Shown here piece after piece: positions 19,268-28,779 of a stretch of 64,000 nucleotides of DNA. Location: contig JBGPIA010000015.1 of NCBI GenBank assembly GCA_041484665.1, forward strand, positions 32,001 through 96,000. Direction: 5' to 3'. The notes beneath the pieces are model-generated. The model was given only the letters and a program-made list of their open reading frames with translations, was not told the origin of the DNA and did no database searches. Numbering within the stretch: the first letter of the stretch is position 1; the number at the start of each line of letters is the position of its first letter. The stretch comes from Candidatus Krumholzibacteriia bacterium (GTDB lineage Bacteria > Krumholzibacteriota > Krumholzibacteriia > JAJRXK01). Made by a program: the position numbers and the translations under genes.

Positions 19268-19834
19268 ATGATCCCTGCGACCCAGCTGCGCGTGGGCATG
19301 GTCATCAAGTACAACGGCGATCCCTACCGGATCATGAGTGTCCTGCACGTGACACCGGGGAACTGGCGCGGCATGGTCCAGACCAAGATGCGCAACCTGC
19401 TGACGGGCAACCAGACCGAGAACCGGTTCCGCTCCGAGGACAAGGTGGACCGTGTCACCATCGAGCAGCACCAGATGGAGCACCTCTACCACGATGGTGA
19501 GGGGTACCACTTCATGAATACCGAGACCTACGAGCAGACCCGGCTCACCGACGACGATCTGGGGGATGCCGCCCATTACCTCCTGCCCAACGGCAAGATC
19601 GACGTCGAGTTCTACGAGGGGAACCCCATCGGGGTCTCGCTGCCCAAGACGGTCGACCTCAAGGTGACCGACACCGCTCCCACGCTGAAGAACGCCACGG
19701 TCACGCAGGTGCTCAAGCCCGCCACCCTCGAGACCGGGTTGGTGGTGCAGGTTCCGGGCTTCGTCAACCTCGGCGATGTCATCACCGTCGACACCGACTC
19801 CGGCGAGTACCTGTCGCGGCGCAAGGGCAGCTGA
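19268..19834 (+). CDS. efp: Elongation factor P
   Basis: HVTPGNWRG loop, FMNTETYEQ, KPATLETGLVVQVPGFVNLGD, DTDSGEYLSR; GGAGG RBS. Confidence 0.96.
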   Translation: MIPATQLRVGMVIKYNGDPYRIMSVLHVTPGNWRGMVQTKMRNLLTGNQTENRFRSEDKVDRVTIEQHQMEHLYHDGEGYHFMNTETYEQTRLTDDDLGDAAHYLLPNGKIDVEFYEGNPIGVSLPKTVDLKVTDTAPTLKNATVTQVLKPATLETGLVVQVPGFVNLGDVITVDTDSGEYLSRRKGS

Positions 19835-19912
19835 TTCCGTTCGGCGGCACGGCCGCACGGTCGGCGCGGCTGGAGCACGCCTCCCGTTCCCGCTGTGCAC
19901 CGGGGTAGCGTC

Positions 19913-20635
19913 ATGAGCGCAGTTGACGCCCCTTCCTCTCCTCCCCCTGGCGCGCCGATGATCCGCGTGCGCGGTCTGAGGAAGCGATTCCACGACGGCC
20001 AGCGCGCGGTTCCGGTACTGGGCGGCGTCGACATCGATGTGGCCGCTGGCCGTTTCGTGGCGCTGCTGGGGCGCAGTGGGTCGGGCAAGAGCACCTTGCT
20101 CAACTGCATTGCCGGCATCGAGACGGTCGACGCCGGTGAGGTCCGGGTGGACGGGACCGACCTGGCGCGCCTCCCCGACCGGCAGCGCACGCTGTTGCGG
20201 CGCGACCGCATCGGCATCGTGTTCCAGTTCTTCAACCTGCTGTCCACCCTGCCGGTGCGCGACAACGTCGCGCTCCCGGCGCTGCTGCGCGGCGATTCGC
20301 CCAAGCAGGCGCTGGCGCGGGCCGACGCCTTGCTGGCCGAGCTGGGTCTGGAGGGGCGCGGCGGCGAGTGGCCCGACCGACTGAGCGGCGGGGAGCAGCA
20401 GCGCGTCGCCACGGCGCGCGCCCTGATCAACGGCCCGCGCGTCCTGCTCGCCGACGAGCCCACGGGCAACCTGGATACGGCCACGGGCGCGCGGACACTC
20501 GCGCTGTTGCGCGACGTGAACCTGCGGCTGGGCGTCACCGTGCTCATGGCCACCCACAGCCGCGAGGCTGCAGCCGTCGCCGACGCCATCGTCAGCCTCG
20601 TCGATGGGCGAATTGCGGACCCAGCGCCGCGCTGA
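19913..20635 (+). CDS. ABC transporter ATP-binding protein (LolD-like)
   Basis: GRSGSGKST, FQFFNLL, LSGGEQQRVA, ADEPTGNLD, ATH. Confidence 0.92.
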   Translation: MSAVDAPSSPPPGAPMIRVRGLRKRFHDGQRAVPVLGGVDIDVAAGRFVALLGRSGSGKSTLLNCIAGIETVDAGEVRVDGTDLARLPDRQRTLLRRDRIGIVFQFFNLLSTLPVRDNVALPALLRGDSPKQALARADALLAELGLEGRGGEWPDRLSGGEQQRVATARALINGPRVLLADEPTGNLDTATGARTLALLRDVNLRLGVTVLMATHSREAAAVADAIVSLVDGRIADPAPR

Positions 20636-20659
20636 GCGGGCTGCCGCCGCAATCGTGCC

Positions 20660-23404
20660 ATGATTCCGCTTCTGCGTCTGACCCTCCTGCCCTACTGGCG
20701 CCGGCATCCAGTGCTGGCGTTGCTGCCTGCGTTGGGTGTGGCGCTGGGGGTGGCCGCCATCGTCGCCATCGACCTGGGCAGCAGCAGCGCCGTGGAGGGG
20801 TTCCGCCGCACGGCGGAACGGCTGGAGGGCCGCGCGACCCTCCAGATCCTCCCCGGAACCGCTCACCTGGACGGTCGGCTGGCCTGCGAGCTGGCCGAGC
20901 TGCCGGGAGTCGAGGCCGCCGCGCCGGTGCTGGAGTGTTTCGCGCTGGTGCGCCCACGCGGCACTGGCGCGCGCAGCGCAGCGGGCGCTCGTGGCGAAGC
21001 AGGCGAGCGGAGCAGCCTGGCCGCGCACGGCGAAGCGGGCAGCGCAACGCGCGTCGAGGAGGGCGAGCCGCTGCGCGTGCTCGGCATCGATCCGCTGGCC
21101 GAGGCGCGCGTCCGAGCGCTGGGGCTGCCGCAAGCGCAGCAGGGGGAGCTCTTCGCGCGGTTCCTCGGCGAGCCGGGAGCGCTGGCGGTCTCCGATCCGT
21201 TCCTGCGGCGGCACGCACTGGCCGCCGGCGACACGCTCCAGCTGGCGGTGGGGGCCCACGCCCGCACGGCCTTCGTGCTCACCGCGTTGCCGCGTGACGT
21301 CGACGGACTGCGCGTGCCCGACAACCTCGCACTGTGCGACCTGGCCACGGCGCAGGAGCTGGCCGGGCGCGACGACGTCTCCCGGATCGATCTGGCGCTG
21401 GAGGAGCCCGGCCGCGCGCGCGCGTTGGCCGCCATCACCGCGCGGCTCCCGCCCGGCGTCGAGCTCGTTGCGGCCGGCGGCCGGGCGCAGCGCCTGGCCG
21501 GGATGCTCGCCGCGCTGCGCACGAACCTGACCGCGCTCAGCTACCTGGCCCTGTTCGTCTCGCTCTTCTTGATCTACGACTCGATGCTGCTCGCCGTGCT
21601 GCGCCGCCGCCGCGACATCGGCATCCTGCGCTGCCTGGGCGCCACCCGCCGGGACGTGATCGCCGCCTGGACCGCGGAAGCGGCGCTCACGGGCGTCGCG
21701 GGAACCGTGGTCGGCTTCGCCCTGGGGATCGCCGGCGGCGGCCTCGCATTGCGCGGCGTGGCCCAGACTGCCAGCGACCTCTACGGCTACGTGCGCGGCG
21801 ACGCGTTGATGCTGTCCCCTTGGACGTTCGTGAAGGCCGCGGTGGCGGGGCTCCTAGCGACGCTCGTCGCCGCCGCATTGCCCGCGGGCGAGGCGGCGCG
21901 CACGACGCCCGCGCACACGTCGCTGCGCAGCGAGGTGGAGTCCGCCGCCGCGCGGCGCAGTCGTCGCGCGCCGTGGCTCGCGCTGCCGCTGAGCGCGGTG
22001 TTGGCGGGGTGTCTGGCCTGGCCCAGCCGCAGTCCGGTGCCCGGTTACGTCGCGGCGGTGGCGCTGGCGCTGGCGGGCGCGCTGCTGGCGCCCCTCGCAG
22101 GCGACGCGCTGCTGCGCCTGGGCCAGCCGTTGCTGCGCGCCACGCTGGGGATCCTGCCAGCGATGGCCGCGCGCAACATCCGCGCGTCGATGAGCCGCAC
22201 GGCGGTCGCGCTCGCGGCGCTTTCGGTGGCGCTGTCGATGTCGTTGGCCATGGGCACGATGGTGGCGAGCTTCCGTACCGAGCTGCAGGACTGGATCGCC
22301 GACGCGGTGCGCGCCGACGTCTACGTCACGCCCGCCACCGCCCGTCTCGACCGCTTCGACGCCCACCTGGATGCCGCCCTGGTGGATGAGCTGCGCGCGC
22401 GCCCCGAGGTCCTGGACATGGACACATTGCGCGGGCTCCCGGCCCAACTGCTCGGCGCGCGTCTCGCAGACAGCGGCGGGGACGTCGGCGCAGGAAGTCG
22501 CCTGGGCAGCGGCACGGCGGGCGGCGTGGACGGCGCGAGTGCCGCGCCCGAGACCTTGAGCACCGCCATCGTGGGCGTGGAGACCGACGTCTATCGCACG
22601 CGCGCGCGGCCAAAGCTCCTGTCGGGCCCCGCTCCCGAGGAATTCTTCCGACGGCTGCGCGCGGGCCAGGCGGGCATCGCCGAAAGCCTCATGCGCAAGA
22701 CCGGGCTTGCGGCGGGCGACCACCTACGCGTGCGTGCCGCGGGGCGCCTGGTCGAGCTCACCGTGGCCGGCGTCTACCGCGACTACTCCAGCGACCGCGG
22801 GGTGGTGCTCATGGACCGCGCGCCCTGGGAAGCGCTCTTCGGGGCGCGGCAGCCCAACTCGATCGCGCTCTACCTGGATGCCAAAGCGGACGTGGACACG
22901 GAGGTTACGGCACTGCAGCACGACCTGGGCAGCCGCTACCAGCTCCTCTTGCGCAGCAACCGCGCCCTGCGCGAGGAGGCGCTGCGTGTGTTCGATCGCA
23001 CCTTTGCTGTCACGCGCGCCCTGGAGATCATCGGGATCGCCGTCGCGGCGATCGGCGTGCTGGCAGCGCTGTTGGCGATGCTGCTGGAGCGCCGCCGCGA
23101 GCTGGCCACCCTGCGCGCGCTGGGTCTGACGCAGCGCCAGATGGACGCGTTGCTGCTGGCGGAGTCGGCGCTCCTGGCCGTGCTCGCGTGGGCCTTCTCG
23201 CTCGTGTTGGGCACCGCTCTGGCGGAGATCCTGCTGCGCTGGATCAATCTGCGCAGCTTCGGCTGGTCGCTGCCGCTGCGCTTGCCGCTCGGCCAGTGGA
23301 TGGCGAACCTGGGGCTGGCCCTGCTGGCGGCCGTGCTGGCGACCGTCTACCCGCTCGCGCGCGCCCGGCGCGAGAGTCTGGCACTGGCGCTGCGGGAGGA
23401 GTGA
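20660..23404 (+). CDS. ABC transporter permease with two FtsX/MacB-type repeats
   Basis: GVALGVA, RRRDIGILRCLGA, ERRRELATLRALG; two periplasmic domains. Confidence 0.88.
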   Translation: MIPLLRLTLLPYWRRHPVLALLPALGVALGVAAIVAIDLGSSSAVEGFRRTAERLEGRATLQILPGTAHLDGRLACELAELPGVEAAAPVLECFALVRPRGTGARSAAGARGEAGERSSLAAHGEAGSATRVEEGEPLRVLGIDPLAEARVRALGLPQAQQGELFARFLGEPGALAVSDPFLRRHALAAGDTLQLAVGAHARTAFVLTALPRDVDGLRVPDNLALCDLATAQELAGRDDVSRIDLALEEPGRARALAAITARLPPGVELVAAGGRAQRLAGMLAALRTNLTALSYLALFVSLFLIYDSMLLAVLRRRRDIGILRCLGATRRDVIAAWTAEAALTGVAGTVVGFALGIAGGGLALRGVAQTASDLYGYVRGDALMLSPWTFVKAAVAGLLATLVAAALPAGEAARTTPAHTSLRSEVESAAARRSRRAPWLALPLSAVLAGCLAWPSRSPVPGYVAAVALALAGALLAPLAGDALLRLGQPLLRATLGILPAMAARNIRASMSRTAVALAALSVALSMSLAMGTMVASFRTELQDWIADAVRADVYVTPATARLDRFDAHLDAALVDELRARPEVLDMDTLRGLPAQLLGARLADSGGDVGAGSRLGSGTAGGVDGASAAPETLSTAIVGVETDVYRTRARPKLLSGPAPEEFFRRLRAGQAGIAESLMRKTGLAAGDHLRVRAAGRLVELTVAGVYRDYSSDRGVVLMDRAPWEALFGARQPNSIALYLDAKADVDTEVTALQHDLGSRYQLLLRSNRALREEALRVFDRTFAVTRALEIIGIAVAAIGVLAALLAMLLERRRELATLRALGLTQRQMDALLLAESALLAVLAWAFSLVLGTALAEILLRWINLRSFGWSLPLRLPLGQWMANLGLALLAAVLATVYPLARARRESLALALREE

Positions 23405-23408
23405 GGCG

Positions 23409-24821
23409 ATGGGTCCCACGCGCGCACCCGCCTGCGCCTGGAGGATCACGGCGGGCGTCGCAGTGCTGCTGGGCGTGGCCGCGGGCAACGCTACGCCTCG
23501 GACTGCTGGGACCGTGGCAGGCGCCGGAGGACGGGTGGTTGCAGGGGCGGCGACGGTCGTGCGGACGTCGACGGTCGTGGGGGCGGCGACGGTCGTGCGG
23601 ACGGCGACCGTTGCGGGGGCAGCCGTGGTCGCGGGGGCGGCGGCGCGCGCGATACCGGTCGCCACCGCGGCGTCCTTCCAGCAAGCTCTGCGGCCGCGCG
23701 CATGGGTGTTCCCACGCGATCACGGCGCCCATCCCTCGTTCCAGACCGAGTGGTGGTATTTCACCGGCATCGTACGGGACCAGGATGGCAAGACGCTGGG
23801 TTACGAGCTCACGTTCTTCCGCTTCGGGCTGGCGGCGCAGCTGCCGCCCGGCGCCTCGGCCTGGCGGGCGCGCGATCTGATCCTGGCCCACCTCGCGGTC
23901 ACCGACGTGCAGGCCGGGCGCTTTGGGATGGAGGAGCGGGTCCAGCGCGCGGCGCTCGCGCTGGCCGGCGCGGATACGGCGGGCCTGCACGTGTGGCTGG
24001 GCGACTGGCAGGCGGTAGAGCGCGGTGGCGGCTTCGCGCTGCAAGCCACCCGCGGCGACCTCGCCGTCGACGTGGAGCTGGTCTCTGCGACCGCGCCCGT
24101 CCTGCACGGCGAACAGGGTCTCTCGCGCAAGACCGAGACGGGCGACCAAGCCAGCTACTACTACAGCCTGCCGAAGCTGGCCACGCGCGGCCGGATCCGG
24201 GTGGCGGGCAGCGAGCGCGCGGTCGAGGGCATGACGTGGATGGACCACGAATTCTTCACCGGCGCAACGCCTGAGGCCGGCCTGGGGTGGGACTGGTTCA
24301 GCGCGCGCCTGGACGACGGCCGCGACGTCATGCTCTACGTCGTCGTCGACTCGCGCGGGGACCGTCACGCGAGCGGGACGCTCATCGAACGTGACGGCGC
24401 GAGCCGTCCCCTCGACGTTACCGGGCTCGTGGCACAGCCGCTCCGCACCTGGCGCAGCCCGCGCAGTGGCGCGACCTATCCGGTCGCCTGGCGTCTTGAG
24501 CTGCCAGTAGAGGGAGCGCTGCTCGCCGTCGATGCGGCGCTGGATGCTCAGGAGGTCCTCGCCGAGCGCTCCGCCGGATTCGCGTACTGGGAGGGGCTGA
24601 GTCGCTTCCGCGGAACGTGGAGGGGGCAACCCGTCGCCGGCGAGGGCTACGTCGAGCTTACCGGCTACGACCGCGGGCGGGCGGGCACCGTGGCCGCTAC
24701 CGCTACGGTCGAGCTGGGTGGAGCCGCGCCGGGTACGATCCGGACGAACCAACCCGCCCCAGTCGGTTCGCAAGGGGAGACATCACCAAAGGTGCCCGCG
24801 AAACCGCCCCCGCCGAAATGA
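23409..24821 (+). CDS. Secreted CrtC/AttH-like lipocalin-fold protein
   Basis: FPRDHGAHP.F.TEWWYFTG, SYYYS, WMDHEF, GWDWFS, SPRSGATYPVAW, YWEG, GYVELTGY. Confidence 0.88.
   Translation: MGPTRAPACAWRITAGVAVLLGVAAGNATPRTAGTVAGAGGRVVAGAATVVRTSTVVGAATVVRTATVAGAAVVAGAAARAIPVATAASFQQALRPRAWVFPRDHGAHPSFQTEWWYFTGIVRDQDGKTLGYELTFFRFGLAAQLPPGASAWRARDLILAHLAVTDVQAGRFGMEERVQRAALALAGADTAGLHVWLGDWQAVERGGGFALQATRGDLAVDVELVSATAPVLHGEQGLSRKTETGDQASYYYSLPKLATRGRIRVAGSERAVEGMTWMDHEFFTGATPEAGLGWDWFSARLDDGRDVMLYVVVDSRGDRHASGTLIERDGASRPLDVTGLVAQPLRTWRSPRSGATYPVAWRLELPVEGALLAVDAALDAQEVLAERSAGFAYWEGLSRFRGTWRGQPVAGEGYVELTGYDRGRAGTVAATATVELGGAAPGTIRTNQPAPVGSQGETSPKVPAKPPPPK
23545..23643. repeat. 18-bp in-frame tandem repeat encoding GAATVV/RTSTVV units
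   Basis: ggggcggcgacggtcgtg/cggacgtcgacggtcgtg repeated. Confidence 0.65.
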
Positions 24822-25105
24822 TCCGGCCCCCGCTGCAGGGGGAGCGCACTCGCAACTCCCGTCCCCGCTTGGAGCTGCGGCCACGACCAGCAGGGCGCCC
24901 CGGCGGATTCCGTCGCGTAGGAGGCAGCCGCGTCCGGACCGGTGGGCGGGCCGGGAGTGGGTGGGTTGGAGCCGCAGGGGCATGGCCGCGCGCAGGGGAT
25001 CGGTCCCCCTGAGGATAATCCTGGAAACTGTTTATTGACAATCGATTGTGTCCGCCCAGCGGCCCGCCCAGGCCCCCTGCACGGACTCGCCTTCAGCTGC
25101 GGCCC

Positions 25106-25135
25106 TTGACACCGAGCTGCTACGTGTGGGATAAT
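25106..25135 (+). promoter_or_regulatory. Sigma70-type promoter
   Basis: TTGACA, 18-bp spacer ending TGn, then GATAAT; 300 bp upstream of the large secreted protein. Confidence 0.6.
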
Positions 25136-25435
25136 GCCCCTGCGACTCTAGGCAGTAGGCACACGGGCGACCGTGTTATCCCTGAACTCGCCGATCCACT
25201 CTTTCAGACCGAATCCATACTCGACGCCGCGAAAAGCCGCTGCTCCTGCTTGCAGGGTTCGTGCTTTTCGCATCCGGTCCTGAGTCCCGCAATTCTGCGG
25301 GGAGCGGACACGTGCAGACTGCCGCCCCGGAAGTTGGCTGTCAGGTGGAGCCGCCCCTTGCAGGCGCTCGGCCGAGCAACCGACTCACCTGATCACATAA
25401 AGACCTTCGTCTTTTTCAACGATGGGGGACAATCC

Positions 25436-28400
25436 ATGAAGAGATACCTCTCTCTCGCCTTGTGCCTGGTCGTCGTAGCGACCTGGTCCGGCATGGTCTG
25501 GGCCACGGACGGCACGGCGGGCGCTGTAGCCAGGGACTACAGCGGGTACCAGATCGCAGAGCCTTCCGTAGCCGGCGTGCTCCACGGGGGCGCCGCCACG
25601 GGGCTCAGCAAGGCCGCTCTGGACACGGTCTTCCTCTACGGAGGGCCGGGTTCGCTCAACGGCAAGTTCCAGACGTCCACCCTGCAGCCGGATCGGCAGG
25701 GGTGGGCGGGTGTGGACCTGACCGGATTGGCGCCGCACTGGCACATCGACGCGTTCAATGCGGCGAACATGGCCGCACGACCCGCCTACTGGACGGGCTC
25801 CTACACGGTGCCCGCTACGAACCACGCGATCTGGGCTGGTCTTCTGGCGGGGCCCGCGGGCTTTGTGACCACGGGCTACGGCAACAATTGGCACGATCAG
25901 CTCGACCACAGCTTCACGGTGAGCAACACCGCCGATAGCACGGTCATCAGCTGGGACCTGCAGTTCAACCATGACAGCGAGGACGGTTACGACTTCTTCC
26001 ACGTCCAGTGGGACTCGGCGGGGTCGATGATCAACCTCGCGGATTACACCGGATTCAACGCCGGCGGAGTCGCGGTCGACTTCCATGGCGATATCACGTA
26101 CCACTCGGGCGATTACGTTGGGGCTGGTCACGACCAGGTCCACATCCGCGGCCGGTTCGACTCCGACGGCGCCGCGTCCGACGAGGACGGCCTCAACGCG
26201 ACCGGTGACGGCGCGGTCCAGCTGGACAACATCCAGGTGAACGGCACCAACGGTGTGGGCCTGAGCCAGGCCACCTTCGAGGGCGGCAGCCTCGGCGGCT
26301 GGGCGCTCGTCCAGCATGACTTCGCTGGCGATTTCTCGAAGGTGTACGGCCGGGTGGAGGACACCGATCCGTGCCGTGACAACATCACGCCGCAGATGAC
26401 CTTCATCGACGACAACACCGCTCCCAACAACGATCCGGCGCACCGGACCACCGGCGGCAGCACGTCGCCGACCAATACGTACGGCGTGCCCGGTGGCTGG
26501 GTCGTCAACTATACGGGCGGCCTGACCCTCGGTGAGTCGCCCTGCAGCAACGAGGTATGGTCGCCGGAGCTCAACTGGGATCTGCCCGGCACGGCAGATG
26601 ACCTCGTCGACGGCGGCGCTTTCATCCGCTACGGCGTGTGGCAGCACCTGCCGCTGAACAACGGCATCTTCTGGGTGTGGCACGTGCGCAGCTTCCCGGC
26701 GGCTACCGGTGGCTGGACGGGCATGAAGGATCGCAACTTCGTCTACTACGGTGGCGGCGTTGCGCTCTACACCAACGTACAGAACGAGATTCGCGACCTG
26801 CTGGTGTCATCTCCCACAAAGGTGCAGTTTGCGCTGGGCATGACCGACCTCGCAGATCTGTTCAACTTCCCGGGCAACGACGCCTCGATTTCGCCGACGT
26901 TCGACAACGCCGGCTTCGCGAAGTACGCGGGGGTCGGGCCTGGCGAAGTGACGCGCGAGATCGACCTGTTCAATGATGGCTTCCCGACCACGGGCGCCAT
27001 CTCCTGCACGAGCGCCAGTGATAATGACCTGGCGATCCGCCTCGACATGGCCCGCGACATTCGCGCGAGCTCGCAGCCGAGGAACGTGCCGGGCGACTCC
27101 ATCATCTGCGACTTCGTGGCCCGCAAGCCGGGGTCCTCGGTGGTTGCAAGCTCCATCCACATGGAGTTCCTGCTGGTCGCCAACCCCTGTTTCGACGCGG
27201 AGCGCGCGGGCGGCATCGCGGCTCTGCCGGGCATCGTGCATGAACCCCTGGCATCGACGAACAGGTGGCGCGGCTCCGTAACTGGCCAGCAGTCCAGGAC
27301 GGCTTCCGGCTCGGCCGTTGCCAACCGCTACTTCTTCGACCTGCCGGACGGCCCGGTCACGCTGGCTGCCTACGAGTCTGCGGAAGCCGCGCTGTTCTTC
27401 CCCGGCGATCAGATCCGCTACTACCTCACGGCCTCCACGATCAACCCGGCGGAGACCTCCACGCTGCCTGCCGACACGAGCGGCTTCGGCAGTGGCACCG
27501 GTTACAACCGTGTCTTCACGGTTTACGGCCTGCCGACCTTGACCTGTGGCGCGACGGATACCTCACCTTGCACGCAGCCCAGCATTCTGTTCTGGAACGA
27601 CCAGCCAGATCGCGGTGGCAACGACGAGTGGGGCCAGGCATTCGGCCAGAATGGGTTGGTGTTGCACCAGCAGTACGACACGTACCGGACCAATGGGCCG
27701 AGCTCGCTCGTGTCCGACGGTCTGGGCTCGGCGGGCGCCCACGGCGCCAACTCGGGCCAGCTGGCGGGCTACAACACCCTGTTCTATGACGCCGCTAATC
27801 TCGCCAGCGGGCTGATCAGCGATGGCAGCAGCACGGGGACCAACGACAAGGGCAACGACGTCGCTGCCCTGACAGGCTGGTTCGCGCAGGCTGGCAACCG
27901 GTACGCCGCGTACTGGGGCGATAACATCGCGAACGGCCTGGGTGGCGGCGGCGTCACCTACCGCAGCAACGTGATGGGTGTTACGCTGCGTGGCGACAAC
28001 GTTCGTCCGCGCATCGGGAACCAGACGGCTCCCGAGATCGGTCCGACGGGTGCTGTTGCCGGCTTCAGCCAGCACTTCATCGCGTTCGGTGGATGCTTGT
28101 CCATCAACCTGTTCGACGACATCGTCCCGGGTGCTGCGACCGCCGTGAGTTCGCATCAGTTCCTCCCGGGCCCGTACGCTACCACTCCGTCCGCCTGCGT
28201 GTATAACGCGAGGCAGGACACGATTGCGGGCACGGGGTACGACCGCGTGAACATGACGTTCCCGTACGGGTTCCTGTTCGTTCAGGACGTGTTCCCGAAG
28301 ACCGGCGGCCGGTCGGCGCGTGCGGGGCTCACCCGCGAGGCGCTGACCAGGTTCGGTCACAGCGGGGACCTCGACCAAGGGGTCGTCGCTACGGACCCGA

Positions 28401-28687
28401 TTGCCAGCCGCAGGCTGGTCGTCGACCAGAACCGCCCGAACCCGTTCAACCCGGTCACGAACATCAACTTCGCCGCCCCGGCCCGCGGGCACGTGTCGGT
28501 GAAGATCTACAACGTGCGCGGCGAGCTCGTGACGAAGCTGCTCGATGGCATCGTCGAAGCTGGCCAGCAGTCGGTAACCTGGAACGGGACGGACACCCAT
28601 GGTCGCTCGGTGGCCAGCGGCGTCTACCTGTACGAGGTATCCGGCTTTGATCAGTCCGTGATCAAGAAGATGGCGCTGGTCAAGTAG
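25436..28687 (+). CDS. Large secreted protein (1083 aa) with C-terminal FlgD-Ig/T9SS-type sorting domain
   Basis: Signal peptide MKRYLSLALCLVVVATWSGMVWA; DSEDGYDFF jelly-roll-like motif; tail QNRPNPFNP..KIYNVRGELV..WNGTD..VASGVYLY..KKMALVK. Confidence 0.85.
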   Translation: MKRYLSLALCLVVVATWSGMVWATDGTAGAVARDYSGYQIAEPSVAGVLHGGAATGLSKAALDTVFLYGGPGSLNGKFQTSTLQPDRQGWAGVDLTGLAPHWHIDAFNAANMAARPAYWTGSYTVPATNHAIWAGLLAGPAGFVTTGYGNNWHDQLDHSFTVSNTADSTVISWDLQFNHDSEDGYDFFHVQWDSAGSMINLADYTGFNAGGVAVDFHGDITYHSGDYVGAGHDQVHIRGRFDSDGAASDEDGLNATGDGAVQLDNIQVNGTNGVGLSQATFEGGSLGGWALVQHDFAGDFSKVYGRVEDTDPCRDNITPQMTFIDDNTAPNNDPAHRTTGGSTSPTNTYGVPGGWVVNYTGGLTLGESPCSNEVWSPELNWDLPGTADDLVDGGAFIRYGVWQHLPLNNGIFWVWHVRSFPAATGGWTGMKDRNFVYYGGGVALYTNVQNEIRDLLVSSPTKVQFALGMTDLADLFNFPGNDASISPTFDNAGFAKYAGVGPGEVTREIDLFNDGFPTTGAISCTSASDNDLAIRLDMARDIRASSQPRNVPGDSIICDFVARKPGSSVVASSIHMEFLLVANPCFDAERAGGIAALPGIVHEPLASTNRWRGSVTGQQSRTASGSAVANRYFFDLPDGPVTLAAYESAEAALFFPGDQIRYYLTASTINPAETSTLPADTSGFGSGTGYNRVFTVYGLPTLTCGATDTSPCTQPSILFWNDQPDRGGNDEWGQAFGQNGLVLHQQYDTYRTNGPSSLVSDGLGSAGAHGANSGQLAGYNTLFYDAANLASGLISDGSSTGTNDKGNDVAALTGWFAQAGNRYAAYWGDNIANGLGGGGVTYRSNVMGVTLRGDNVRPRIGNQTAPEIGPTGAVAGFSQHFIAFGGCLSINLFDDIVPGAATAVSSHQFLPGPYATTPSACVYNARQDTIAGTGYDRVNMTFPYGFLFVQDVFPKTGGRSARAGLTREALTRFGHSGDLDQGVVATDPIASRRLVVDQNRPNPFNPVTNINFAAPARGHVSVKIYNVRGELVTKLLDGIVEAGQQSVTWNGTDTHGRSVASGVYLYEVSGFDQSVIKKMALVK

Positions 28688-28713
28688 CCAGCCTGTCTTC
28701 GGATCTGCGACCC

Positions 28714-28760
28714 GTCCCCTGAACGGGGACAGCGACCGGCGGGGCGAAAGCCCCGCCGGT
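28714..28760 (+). terminator. Tandem hairpins after the secreted-protein gene
   Basis: GTCCCC-tgaac-GGGGAC, then ACCGGCGGGGC-GAAA-GCCCCGCCGGT (11-bp perfect stem); no strong U tract. Confidence 0.6.
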
Positions 28761-28779
28761 TCGCGTTGGGAGACGTGCG

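Noticed and set aside
25046..25435. 130-aa N-terminal extension of the secreted protein in the ORF track
   Set aside because: The signal peptide and GGGGGA RBS point to ATG 25436, and a promoter lies inside the extension.
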